Origin: Selaginella moellendorffii | Taxonomy: Eukaryota; Plantae; Lycopodiophyta | Assembly: GCF_000143415.4 (NCBI RefSeq) | Contig: NW_003314341.1 | Location: 770,394 to 834,393, forward strand | Reading direction: 5' to 3' | DNA: 64,000 nucleotides | Shown here: one piece after another, positions 51,574-64,000 of the stretch | How the letters are laid out: each line of letters begins with the position of its first letter | How positions within the stretch are numbered: position 1 is the stretch's first letter | Translations under genes and position numbers: made by a program | Notes under the pieces: model-generated | What the model saw: only the letters and a program-made list of their open reading frames with translations | Database searches by the model: none | Told to the model about the DNA's origin: nothing

Positions 51574-54423
51574 GTATGTATGCTTATCCTGGTTGTTTCC
51601 AGCTATGAGCACAAAGGCAAGATTAGAATCTCCTGACAAGATAAAGCTATGTTCCTCAAGTAGCTATGGTACGAGATACTAAGATAATGAGTACTGTGGG
51701 TGAGAAAATTGATACATTGGCTAAAAAGTGGCAGTCCTAGGACTGGGGCAGATGCCAAAATACTTCCTCAGCATCTAGTTCATAAACTCATGAACTTCCC
51801 TTGCACTGGGTCATGTGGAACTTTTAATATCTCACCACTTTGAAGAAAAGAGGCATTTGGTTATCCAAATACCGCCTCTAGAATGTGGACGGTCCTGATA
51901 TCAAAATGTTTGATGGTTGCATCCACTCAAACTTGGGTTGAGCGCACTTTTGCTTTAAGCCTTCATTCACCAAGAACTTTGGACAGGAATTTCTTTCTAT
52001 TGTTCTCATGGTTATGGTTTGGATTTTTAATTGTGCATATAATTTGAACATACATGTTTTGACGTGATTCTGTCAAAGTATAGTTATGAAACCGGAAACT
52101 CCTCAAAGTCCGAGTCACTCTTGAAGTGATTCAAAAGCATCTTCATTTGCATTTGCGTCTTAAAGCAATGCCTTGAGTGTACTGCCTTGAGTGTAGCAGC
52201 AGAAGATGCTGACCGAGGCATCTATTGCCATCGCACTGCTCACATCCTTCTCTAGGATAGAAAACATCCCCCAACCAATATGTCCGAGCTAGGGAAAATA
52301 ATTATTAAGTCTTGTCTAGAGTTGCCAAGAATAGAGGACACAAAGTTTCGATACCCCAAAGCAATAGTCATTCCCAAGCTGTTGCTCTGAAAGAGCTCTC
52401 CATGGATAACTACCTCTCCCCAAGACCAGGCATTTGTAAAACCCTGGATAAAGGAAAGCTGCAATGCCTCTATCTGCTTGCTTGAAAATACCCTCTTCAG
52501 AAACAATTCCCACAGATCCGAAACTGTGGCTTCTTGGATCCCCCAAGCTCAAACTGAATAGTAAAATCAGATGCATCAACTCTCAGCTTCCTCAGAAAGG
52601 ATTTGACCACCTCCACTCATCGAAGGCCTGCCAATGAGAGCCTCTCTCACCCTGGACATTCCTGGTGAGTTGTATCAGGTTCCTTCCAAGCTCGCCGTCC
52701 ATAAGGGCCAATGCCAGTATCTTACGGGCTGTGGATCAGCATCCTGGGAGCTAGGCCAATGCCGCCAGAAGATGTAATTAAGAGTGCTCATTTGAATTCT
52801 AGGTTTAGTAGTGGCCATAATTGGCAATGGGGCTGCTTTTTTCCCAAGCGAGAATGGCAAGAATGATTATGTGGAGTATGGAATCGCTCATGCCCAGATG
52901 CTTGCCAGGGAAATCAATCATATGGTAAGAGCTTCTTGTATTTCACTTGTTCAATCCTGTCTGGAAAATGCCAATTGTTGACAAGAATACTGTGCTGTTT
53001 CAGATGCATACCAGTGGGTGCAAATTAAATCAGTTTGTGATCTTAGCCATGGAGATTTCAGGGTAAGGAAAGCCTGCCACACTCAGGAAATCAAGAGATC
53101 AATCTTGAGCTCAAAGTATATGCCTTAGGATGTAGTGGGAGCATATCTTGAGTAGCCTTTCCTTTTTCCTTTCTGTTAGAACATTTATACTAACTCTACC
53201 CATTGTTGAAATGCTAGGGTTGGTAAAGGCTTAAAATTGTACTATTTGGTTCATTGAATGTATAAGCCTTATGCTGCAACATGATTTGCTTAAATATATT
53301 AAACTTCACAGAAAGTAAGCAAATGGCAAATTGCAATTCAAGACTTATGTAGTGCATTTGAAATTTGGAGCCAAACTCTAAGCTTGTTGCATTACAAAAG
53401 AAGGGTTTAATACACACTTAATATCCCTTATGAGCACCAACTCCCCATATTCAACTCTTGTATGCAAAACGGTGTCAAAAGAGGTTTGACATAATTTCAG
53501 CATGCCAGTGGCCTAACCCGAGAAATAGGGTATTCTACCGACTAGAGCAGCATGGAGCTTAGGCTTAGATCTAAGCCGAATGCAAAACAAGGAGTGACAC
53601 AGCCTAGTGGGAGCTAAACTAATATCTCAAGTGGTCAGCCATGTATAAGACATAAATCCCTAAGCCCTAAAGTGGAGTAGAAAGTAGTGGTCAAAGTGGA
53701 AGTCCAGGGAAGTTTTGAGCTGCTGTCTCACCAGGGCCACAAGTGAAAGCTATGGCTAGACAAAGAGGGGACCACTTAGTTAGAAATTCACTCACAAGAG
53801 TCTCTCAAACCTAACCAACAAACAAAGTAAGAGCATCGCTGCCTAGCTCTCCTGTGAAGTCAACAGAATCTCAACTCAAGAGCAAGACTTCTCTTAGTCA
53901 CCAGCCTGACTGCAAGCCCCAGCCACTAGTGCTGCAACAATGTATGCTGTAGCAGATAGAAGAAGGAATGCTGCAGTGGGATCCCTGAGCCTTTGTAGAG
54001 GCTCTACGAGATGCCACTCAGGACGAAGTGCAGCTCCACCAAGACATCCTCACTGCAGAGGTATGGCACCAAGAGACAAACCCCTTGGGGGAATCCTTGG
54101 CCCCATCTGTCGCAAATGTGACTTCGGGTATCGAAAGTTACTTATCGGCTAGTCCTTTCGGATATTCTTTTCTTACTGCCATGATAGCAGGAGGTCGGTA
54201 TTGCTGGACCCATTATTAGTTTCCCACTTGTGTTAGTTGAGAAACTGGTCAATGACCGTGTACTTAGACCAGATAAACATAAGGTAGGAACCCTATGTGT
54301 TTCTTGCTAAGCATACTCGGCTTGGTTTGAGAAACTCCTGTTATTGGCTTGCACTTGCTAGTATCAAGAACCCCTGCGATATTGAGATTGGTCCCTCAAT
54401 ATCGCTAGATGATAGCTTACCAT

Positions 54424-55936
54424 TGTGAGACACAAAATCCCTAGGCCCCCAAAGTGGAGCCAAAAGGTCGAGAGCGGGAGTGGAACTCCCAACAAAGTGC
54501 TCGAGGAACGAGCACGAGGTGAGGCTCCAAAAAGGGACCCCAAAGGGACCAACACATGACACGTGGAAGTGTTTGAGATGGGCCCAAGATGGAGTTTGAG
54601 ATGGAGTCCGAGATGGACCCGAGTTGGAGTCTGAGATGGACCCGAGTTGGAGTCCGAGGTGGAGTCCGAGATGGAGTCCGAGATGGACCCGAGATGGAGT
54701 CTGAGATGGAGTCCGAGATGGAACTGAGATGGAGTCCGAGATGGACCCGAGATGGAGTCTGAGATGGAGTCCGAGATGGAACTGAGATGGAGTCCGAGAT
54801 GGACCCGAGATGGAGTCCGAAGTCAAGACCGAGACCGGGACCGAGACAGAGACCGAGATCGGGACCGAGACCGAGACCGAGGCCGAGTCTGAGTCTGAGT
54901 CTGAGTCTGAGTCTGAGTCTGAGTCCAAGATCAAGTCTAAGAGGGTGAAAGCCCAAAGCGTTCGTCTCCCAGACCCTGGGGGGTTTGGTGAGCTCCAAAA
55001 GTATAGTAGGGGGAGGACTGTAGTGGAGCCAATTTGGCCAGGAAAGGCCAATTTGGCCCAGGAAGGCTGTACCCAGTGTTGGGTGATGAGCTGCCCACTG
55101 GGAAGTCCAAGACTAGAGTGAACATGGACCGACAAGCGGGGTAGCTTGGTGAAGTGTTCAAGAGCCGGCTCTAGTTCCCCCGAGAGATTGATTGGCCGAT
55201 GCTCCTAGTCCAAGTGTGGGTGGCACTACCTACTTGGATACCTGGCATGGCTCAACGGAACCTCGCTCTAAGCCCATGGCTAGAGCACCTAAAGGCGAAA
55301 GGTGGGGACAGTACCCATGAGGCTTGCGTAAGGCCACGGTGTTCCGAAATGTTGTCCCAAAGTCCCAAACGGTGAAAGGGAGGAGGAGCAGTCCTCTAGT
55401 GTAGTGACCAAGGATACGGTCACATGGTGAGGAAGTCCCAAAGGATAGTGGGACTTAGAGGTCAGGCCTGCGGGCCTTGATTTAGTGGCAGTGTTGGCGA
55501 ACACGACCATGGACAAAAAGGGACTTGGTGGAGACTGGAAAAGAGTTGTCGGGGAAGGCTATTCCCCATGTCTGCGGGCATCTTAAGGATGCTAAGGGGT
55601 AGATCTGGGATGATTTCTCATGAACGGATGGCCCAGTCTTTGAGAGATGGGACTAGGATGCAGGTGGCATTAGACCACCGGTGTGACCAGGGTGAATGGG
55701 CATGGCCTTAGCATAACGGGCCGATATGTCGGTGGTACCTTGGGGTGTCGGTCATGGGATCGGACACGTAGAGCACTTGGACCAAGTGCAAAGGTTGAGT
55801 GGCATGGATGCTATTCTCGGGGCTAGCAAGCCCCAAATCCTGAATGGGACTTATGGAGGTTGTGAGTGAGACTCCTCCTAGTGGTTGGAGGTGTGGTTAA
55901 GTGACTAAAGTAGAATAGAAAATTTAGTAGCTTACA
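54424..55936 (+). mobile_element. Solo-like long LTR (about 1.5 kb), inverted relative to the neighbouring element
   Basis: TGTGAGACAC...GCTTACA is the reverse complement of 56954-58768. The flanks (ACCAT / GGCGA) are not a TSD. Confidence 0.85.
54585..54930 (+). repeat. Tandem GAGATG/GAGTCC/GAGACC/GAGTCT array inside the LTR
   Basis: Directly visible 6-, 11- and 12-mer tandem units. Confidence 0.9.
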
Positions 55937-57979
55937 GGCGATGAGATTTCTGTCTTTTTGCGCCGGATCATAACATTAGGCCACTAGTATGCCGAAATAG
56001 CGCCAAACTCTATTTGGATCCATTTTGCGTACTGGTCCTGGCATTAGGATGCTAGTTGCTCTAGGACTATTCTAAGTTGCTCCAAGCTCCTATCCTTTTG
56101 CTCCTTGGGCTGTATGCTCGGGAGTTCATTGTGATACATATATCATATCCATGTGATAATGAGCAATATGTTTATGAAGTTGCTTGGTTAAATGATGATC
56201 AATGCCAAAATGGTTGATAGTGAAGCTAGTCTACTTGCATAAAGTGGCATTGACTAAATTCTCTATAGTGGTCTATTATGCTAAGTTTAAGTTGGTTCTT
56301 TGTTCCTTGGGGGTTTGCCCATTAAGGTGTTAGAAAGGGTTATAGCATTCACTTGCTATGGCTTGTTGGTTTATCCGTTAATACTTGGAGTAGATTGTTG
56401 GATGGAGAAAATGTGTAATTAAGGCATTGATATCACTAGCACTTGTGTTAGTGAAAGCGACATTGTTATTTCAAGTGATGAGGAATTTCCTTAAACCTTG
56501 ATTTTTAATGCCATTTTTCTTGTCAGTGTTTTGGCTTCACATTAGATTTTGAAGGTGATTGAAGAAAAGTGTTAGTGCAATGTGGATATCCAAAGATATG
56601 TTCTTCATGATCAAGCCTTAAATGTTCACTTTACACTTTGCGGATGTCAATGTTGGATGTTGGAAGTATGGGCAAAGATGTTCGATGCTTTAGCATATTG
56701 TTGGGTCATGAGAATTGGTGTTGAAGTGAACCTATGTGAAGTGTAAATAGGAGAAACTTGGTTAAGTCTTGAAAGTTTGTATTCCTAGACTGAGAGTCAT
56801 TCTTTTTTTAGGATGGAAACTTTTTCACAAATTTTCTTCGACTTTTCCAATGGTTGATCTGTTGATCACTTTACCCGAAAAGCATTATGTTTTTGCAAGG
56901 AAGTACAAACTAGTGAAGGGGTTGGAGTTGGCTTCGGTTAGTTTAGACCTTAGTGTAAGTGACTAAATTTTCTATTCTACTTTAGTCACTTAACCACACC
57001 TCTGACCACTTAGAGGAGTTTCACTCACAACCTCCATAAGTTCTATTTTGGACTTAGGGATTTGCTAGCCCCTAAAAATGGCATCCATGCCACTCAACCA
57101 TTGCACTTGATCCAAGTGCTCCACATGTCCGATCCCAGGACCGACACCCCAAGGTACCACCGACATATCAGCCCGTTATGCTAAGGCCATACCCATTCAC
57201 CTTGGTCACATCGGTGGTCTGACACCACCTACATTACAGTCCTGTCTTTCAAAGACTGGGTCATCTGTCCATGAGTGATCATCCCAGATCCACTCCTTAG
57301 CATCCTTAGGATGCCCGTAGACATGGGGAATAGCCTTCCCCAATACCCCTTTTCCAATCCCCACATGGTCCCTTTCTGTCCATGGCCATATTCACCAACA
57401 CTGCCACTAGATCCAGGCCCACAGGCTCGACCACTAAGTCCTAGGGTCCTCTGGGACTTCCTCACCACTTGACTGTATCCTTAATCACTACACCTGAGGA
57501 CTACTCCTCTTCCTTTCCACAGTCTGGGCCTTTGGGACAACATTTCAGAACACTGTGGCCCTACACGGGCCTCATGGGTACTCTCCCTGCCTTCCACCTT
57601 TGGGTGCTCTAGACATAGGCTTAGAGCGAGGTTCCGTTGAGCCACACCAGGTATCCAAGTAGGTAGTGCCACCCACACTTGGATTGGGAGAATCAGCCAG
57701 TCGATCTCCCAGGGGAACTAGAGCTGGCTCTTGAACACTTCACCAAGCTACCCCGCTTGTCGGTTTGTGTTCACTCTAGTTTTGGACTTCCCAGTGGACA
57801 GCTCATCACCCAACACTAGGTATAGCCTTTCTGGGCCAAACTGGCCTTTCCTGGCAAAACTGGCCTTTCCTGGCCAAACTGGCTCCATTGCAGTCCTCCT
57901 CCTTACTATACTTTTGGAGCTCACCAAAAACCCCAGGGTCTGGGAGATGAACGCTTTGGGCTTTCACCCTCTCAAACTT

Positions 57980-58532
57980 GAACTCGGACTCGGACTCGGA
58001 TTTGGACTCGGACTCAGACTCGGACTTGGGCTTGGGCTCGGACTCGGACTCGGGCTTGGGCTCGGTCTCGGCCTCGGCCTTGGTCTCAGTCTCAGTCTCA
58101 GTCTTGGTCTCGGTCTTGGTCTCGGTCTTGGTCTCGGTCTTGGTCTCGGTCTCGGTCCCAATCTCGGTCCCAGTCTCGACTTCGGACTCCATCTCGGGTC
58201 CATCTCGGACTCCATCTTGGACTCCATCTCGGGTCCATCTCAGACTCATCTCGGACTCCATCTCGGACTCCATCTCAAGTCCATCTCAGACTCCATCTCA
58301 GACTCCATCTCAGGTCCATCTCAGGTCCATCTCGGGTCCATCTCGAACTCCATCTTGGACTCCATCTCGGACTCCAACTCGGGTACGTTTCAGACTCAAC
58401 CTCAGGTCCATCTTGGGTCCATCTCAGACTCAATCTTGGGTCCATCTTGGGTCCATCTCAGGTCCATCTCGGACTCCACCTCATATTCCATCTCGAACTC
58501 CATCTCGGACTCCACCTCGGACTCCATCTCAG
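57980..58532 (-). repeat. Expanded hexamer array inside the LTR
   Basis: CTCGGA/CTCGGT/CTTGGT/CTCCAT tandem units, longer than in the 54.4-kb copy. Confidence 0.9.
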
Positions 58533-59773
58533 ACCCTTCCACGTGTCATGTTTTGGTCCTCTTGTGTCCCCTTTTCTAGAGACTCACTCATGGCTTGCTT
58601 TGTGCTTGTTCCTCGAGCACTTCATTGGGAGTTCCACTCCCACTCTTGACGTTTTCAAGTCGGAGCTTTTAGTCCAAATGTGTTACACTCGTTTGGCTTT
58701 CACTTTGGCCACTACCACGTGGCACCCTTCCGGCTCCACTTTGGGGCCTAGGGATTTTGTGTCTCACAACTCCACCACCCATAGACAAAGTTCGATGCCC
58801 TCATCGAACGGTAAACCCTTTTATAAAGTAACACCCGCATGTATTATTGTTTCCATCCTTGGTACCCGGCCAATATTTGTCTATGGTTTGACACCGAAGG
58901 CTCACCATGCCTTGTCCATCCTCTAAGGAGCATAGTCTCTCTAATATAGAGACTCATTCGGCCACCTAGGGCGATTTGCTCCCTTTTATTGGTTCAGTTC
59001 TCGCTAAACCAGTTAGAGACACCTTCTCTAACTCAATTCCACTACTCATTCGCGAGTAGTATTAGATTCCATCAACATAACTTTTGCACTTTGGAACTTT
59101 TAATTTTGACTTCTCAGAGTCAATTTCCTAGGTGTCTCCGACACCTTACGTTGCACATGGTGCAACTGCACTTCCCCATCCTAGGAAGTTCTTTACTTGA
59201 GGGCACCATCATCCTCTCTTCGATATCATGCCACTTTTGGCACTAAGTTCCAATTATCTTAATTTGTGCTAGGGTTTCCCCCGACCTTATTATTTGGCTA
59301 CCTTACCGCTCCCTCCCTTGGAGCTTCCACTTTTGCCAAATCGGAGCAGTTGAGAATCCATCCTTAGGGAAACATTGCTTTTCTCACAATCCGTTTGCAC
59401 CCAACACATTAGCATTCTCGGCTTAACTTTGCCATTTGGATTCTTTCCCATGATTCCCATGGCTCTTTTTTTAGCCACTATTCCTTTGCTCCTATCCTTG
59501 GTTGTTACACCTAACAACATAGGATCGCTACCTCCATTCTTGAGGTATCCTTTTGGTTCCATAGTGAAGGCTTTTGCTTTGCCAAGTGCAAAGGGTGTTC
59601 ACCCGTAGTATGTCTCTTTAGCATTTTCTATTGTGGGCTTTATCCACAGCCCAATATTGTGACCCTCCCACAGGTCTTTTATAGAAACTACTTTCTTTGG
59701 ACTCACTATGCCATCGCATTGACACAACTCATTCCCCTTAGGTGTCCTTCCCACTTGGTCACCTTGACTAAGG

Positions 59774-60366
59774 TGTAAGCAACCAAAGGGAACGACTTGA
59801 GAGACGATCCATGGGGTTCAAATATAGAGGGAAAGGGCCTATGAACAAGAGTGCACTTTCTTTTCCAATCGGTTAAGGGTCTTGGGACATTTGGGGTTAA
59901 ACGTCCTTGGGTTTGAATAGTACTGAGCTGGGTGACCTCCCGGGAAGTCCAAACTCAGGAGCTTACATTTGGTATCACAGAGGTCTTGGGTCCGACTCTA
60001 TTGGTTGGCTAGGGGAATCACACCATATGTTGATTGACATCTGGCTGGTCCAGTTTGCTCCCACTGGGCTCGACCCGAGGGGTAGGGTGTCAAGAGAGCG
60101 GGGCTCTCGGGAGAGCTACGGCTCTCAACTTCTGTTCACGAGGGCGTGAACTTGTAGGGAAGCATGGTGGATTGTAAGCAACCAAAGGGAACGATTTGAG
60201 AGACGATCCATGGGGTTCAAATATAGAGGGAAAGGGCCCATGAACAAGAGTGCACCCCCTTTTCCAATCGGTTAAGGGTCTTAGGATATTTGGGGTTAAG
60301 CGTCCTTGGGTTTGAATAGTACTGGGCTGGGTGACCTCCCGGGAAGTCCAAACTCAGGAGCTTACA
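59774..60366 (+). mobile_element. Cassandra-type TRIM retrotransposon with a 5S rRNA segment in both LTRs
   Basis: 194-bp LTRs (59774-59967 and 60173-60366) with TGTAAGC...GCTTACA ends, 5-bp TSD TAAGG, PBS TGGTATCA at 59970 and a 205-bp non-coding interior. 5S-like segments lie at 59896-59950 and 60295-60349. Confidence 0.93.
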
Positions 60367-61356
60367 TAAGGCACACTATTATCAATAGTTCAAATCAACG
60401 CTTTGAAGCAGGAACCTTATTCCTTAACCTCATAAGGACCTTGTCCTTGTTTTAGCCATAAGATCACTTAGTGATCTCACCGTAGCACCTTAACAAAGTT
60501 GCCAAGAGGTACTTCTAGACCTTCAAGTTGTTGACCATAACCTCGGGGGCATCCCCCACACTTGGCAGTGCACCCAAGCCAGCCCTTATGGCCAAGGGTC
60601 CATAGCAACTGAGATTAGGTGTCCCCATCTCACTTACCATGTCCTTGGTGCCACTTGCACCAAAGCGTTCAAGTTAGATATGCCGAGCTTTTGCACTAAG
60701 CAATCTAACTGTGCATCACGACTCCGAGGCATCCCTCGCTTGGCAGTGTGCCCAAACCAGTCTCCTCACTGAGAGTCCATGACCACCGAAAAATGAGTAT
60801 CCTCATATTCCAAACCACCACCACGCCCTAGTGATTTGGGACTCAAACCCAAGCACTAGAGGGTCGGGACTCGAACCCAACCTCCATATATGCATCTACA
60901 GATGGCATCACACTGACGTGACTCCCCACGCCGGTGCACCAATATATACTTAAAGCGCTCTATAGATCACAGCTTAAGAACCTAGTTCCTCTGTACTACC
61001 AAGTCCTCTCACTTGACATATCTGTGATCATGCATGGACTCCTCCATGCTCGGCTGCCTGGGCCACCCCTTTGAAGTTGGCTCCTTCAACTAGGGTATTC
61101 GTTCCCCCCGACTTGCCAATCTCACTTAGCAAGTCATTCGGCCACCGTAACATGGTTCATGCATAAGCGTAAAAATCCTTAACCATCAACTTTTGTTTAA
61201 ACCCCTCTCTTTGAACACTCGGGAACTACTTCCCTAACCTTGATAGCCTCGCCTCATGGCCAACTTCAAGACCACGCTTCTGCTGCGCCACTCTGATTTC
61301 ACGCGCTCTAGAAACCATTTACACTTGGCTTTTCTAGGTACTTATCTACTTTGAAT

Positions 61357-61422
61357 TGTCTTTCGGAACCTTTGGGAATTGTCTTTGGGAACCTTTGGTA
61401 ATTGTCTTTGGGAACCTTTGGG
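61357..61422 (+). repeat. 23-bp tandem repeat, 3 copies
   Basis: TGTCTTTGGGAACCTTTGG(G/T)AAT repeated. Confidence 0.8.
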
Positions 61423-64000
61423 AGCTTGCTAAGGCTTCTCCTTTGCAAGCTCTCTACTCACCATATGGTCTAACATGGATAATTCCACATTTTAGACTTT
61501 TCATGGCATCGCGGTTGCTAATAGCAACATCCTTGAGCACCCTCTTGATTCTCCACTCCCAACTTGCATAACCACCGTTGGTTATGCCCTTCGATTTCTA
61601 TGGTTCAATTCCATCCCCATATTAATTGCCTTTTGGCCTCATATGTTTCCTTTGGTTATTCTTCTCAAAACTAGGAGGATAGCTTTGCACCTTCTACCAT
61701 GCCTTAGCAAGTATTCATAGGGATGAACCTACCTAATAGCTTAAGGAGTGGTTCCTCAATCTAAGTATGCTCACCTTATAATCCCACACACCGGGATTAA
61801 CGTTACTACTTATGGGCCTCTATATGCCCATCACTAGCCTTGGCATCCCATTTTTGGCTTTGTCCAAATCAGGTAGACGGATTTTTCCCGTCTCCAGAAC
61901 CTTGGACATTTGGATATCACCTCCTATCCATCATTCGTTAGGGACTTAGTCCCTTGGGCCTTATTTAATGCCCTCGCAACACTAAACACCACTTCCTGGT
62001 TGGTTGTCAAGTCCTACAACTCTTTGCTAGTGCTTCCACACCTCCATCATTATTTGGGTCACCACACTCTAACCGCATGCCTTCTAGCTTAGGCTATGCC
62101 ATTCCCATTTCCATTGGGATTCCTTTGGAAAGGGTTCTTATAAACCCGCTAACTTGACCTCAAGGCAGTATGCCTTGGCACATTTGGTGTTTCCACACTA
62201 TCAGCTCCACGAGCCTACCTCTATGACACTTTTTACTTGTGTCTAGGTCTTTGCCAAAGACCAATACAGTTGTTTCTTATGCCAACTATCAGTTAGCACT
62301 ACACCATAATGTTCACACACAACTTTATGCTGAAGTTGCTTTCTTTTGGGGAACACCTTTCCCATGACTTTAACATAGCATATTCTACCTTCGATGAGAT
62401 ACTCTCTATTCTCTTACTTGGATCCTATGATCTTCCCCATCCTTCGTGAGGCACAACACACCTCAGTCCAAATGCTTCTATCAATCCTTTAAGACCATTC
62501 CTTGACTCCACTTAAGTCATTCAGCGTTTTGGACTTTTCCTAATCCCCTGACCTATAAGGTCTTACTTTTGATGTGCCAACTCATTGGAATACAACTTCT
62601 TGTATTCATGTCCTACTCACCAGGATCACGATTATAAGTGTTATTCCAACACTTGACTATTTTTCGATAATTGTGGGCTACCTTCGCCCTTTAGGACTAT
62701 CCGTCCATATGATAGGAATATTGATTTATCCTCTAAGCACACCCCCAACTCCTGGGGTTGTTCCAACATTTATTCAAGGTAGCCCAGCTACCATTCCAAG
62801 GACTTATGTCCTCATCCACATTTGACCTCCCATGGTCATTAATTCTGGTCTCAAATTCATGAGCACCAGCCTCAACTTCATGAGAATAATTTTGTGACTC
62901 CTTTATCATTTTGGAGTCTCTATCTTCCTCGTGATCCCAACTATAGTTCTTTACCACAACTACATTAGCCAGTTTGCTGAGTCAAACGCTCATCTAGATC
63001 ACATCCTCAACTCAATGAGGAAAACCTTGCACTGTTCCCAAGATCCCAAAGTCATTCCATTATTGACCCTTTTCTATTCACCACCTCGTCTATAAGTTCA
63101 CACATGAACTGTAATGGAGAGCCATGTCTTCCCGACCTGCTACTCCTCAAGGATAGGCCCACTCCTCAGACCTTCCGATGCCAACATCAATGGTGATAAA
63201 CTTGAGTACCAATAAAAGTCAGACTAAGGAACAGCTCCGATACCAAGTTGTAAGCGACTAAATTTTCCATTCTACTTTAGTCACTTAACCATGGCTCCGA
63301 CCACTTGGAGGAGTCTCACTCACAATCTCCGTAAGTCCTATTCTAGACTTAGGGACTTGTTAGCCCCAAGATTGGCATCCATGCCACTCAATCATTGCAC
63401 TTTGTCCAAGTGCTCCACATGTCCGATCCCAGGACTGACACCCCAAGGTACCACTGACATATCAGCCCGTTACACTAAGGCCATGCCCATTCACCTTGGT
63501 CACATCGGTGGTCTGACACCACCTACATTACAGTCCCTTCTCTCAAAGACTGGGTCATCTGTCCATAAGTGATCATCTTAGATCCACTCCTTAGCATCCT
63601 TAGGATGCCCATAGACATGGGGAATAGCCTTCCCCAATATCCCTTTTCCGGTCCCCACCAAGTCCCTTTCTGCCCATGGCCATGTTCGCCAACACTGCCA
63701 CTGGATCCAGGCCCACTGGCTCGACCACTAAGTCCTACGGTCCTCTGGGACTTCCTCACCACCCGACTGTATCCTTGGTCACTACACCAAAGGACTACTC
63801 CTCTTCCTTTTCATAGTCTCGGCCTTTGGGACAATATTTCGGAACACCGTGGCCCTACGCGGGTCTCATGGGTACTCTCCCTGCCTTCCGCCTTTGGGTG
63901 CTCTAACATGGGCTTAGAGCGAGGTTCTGTTGAGCCACACCAGGTATCCAAGTAGGTAGTGCCACCCACACTTGGACTGGGAGCACCGGCCAGTCGATCT

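Larger units (their letters stand above)
56954..64000 (-). mobile_element. Decayed LTR retrotransposon, probably gypsy-type (3' LTR 56954-58768; 5' LTR from 63249 running past the window end)
   Basis: Direct repeats start TGTAAG.GACTAAATTTTC at 56954 and 63249. PBS TGGTATCGGAGC (minus, about 63235-63246) and a purine tract adjacent to 58768. The internal 4.5 kb has no long ORF. Confidence 0.85.

Noticed and set aside
51600-53100. hAT transposase or other gene remnant
   Set aside because: Only a short VERTF-like peptide and stop-riddled frames are present, so no family can be supported.
54585-58532. CRISPR-like array
   Set aside because: Eukaryotic tandem repeats with no unique spacers and no cas genes.
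54341-58649. Low-complexity ORFs (DSDS, LGLG, ETET, RPRP)
   Set aside because: These are translations of hexamer arrays within LTRs and are open in several frames and strands.
59896-60349. 5S rRNA genes
   Set aside because: Only about 55 nt of the internal control region is present, embedded in LTRs with a TSD. This is a Cassandra element, not rDNA.
60830-60880. tRNA gene (B-box-like GGTTCGAGTCCC on the minus strand)
   Set aside because: No cloverleaf or A box is recognisable, and it lies within a decayed retroelement interior.

Overview
Eukaryotic plant nuclear DNA. The very short introns (about 50-70 bp), intergenic gaps of 50-250 bp, GC-rich exons and a PLS-class PPR gene suggest a compact lycophyte genome such as Selaginella (inference). 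Bases 1-51.6 kb are gene-dense: KDM5/JMJ17-like 3' end, CBP20 with an AT-AC U12 intron, a GT31 galactosyltransferase, a split PDR/ABCG pseudogene wrapped around an intact KLHDC4 kelch gene, PMI, xylulose kinase, a PLAC8/CNR gene, a 3-copy tandem unit of structured non-coding element plus RING ORF, a kelch/coiled-coil gene, ATP23, a DnaJ gene, CHMP7, an EGY3-like gene, Rab-GDI, a PPR gene overlapping a DTW gene on the opposite strand, a nested LTR element, and POLD2-ELG1-MSH7. Bases 51.6-64 kb are a transposon nest of long LTRs with hexamer arrays, containing a complete 5S-bearing Cassandra-type TRIM with a target-site duplication. The most notable observations are the triplicated ~150-nt two-hairpin/ACA element upstream of the RING ORFs, the Cassandra element, the PCNA-linked POLD2/ELG1/MSH7 cluster with E2F sites, and the PPR/DTW antisense overlap. 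Gene spans include introns, and all calls come from manual reading without database searches.
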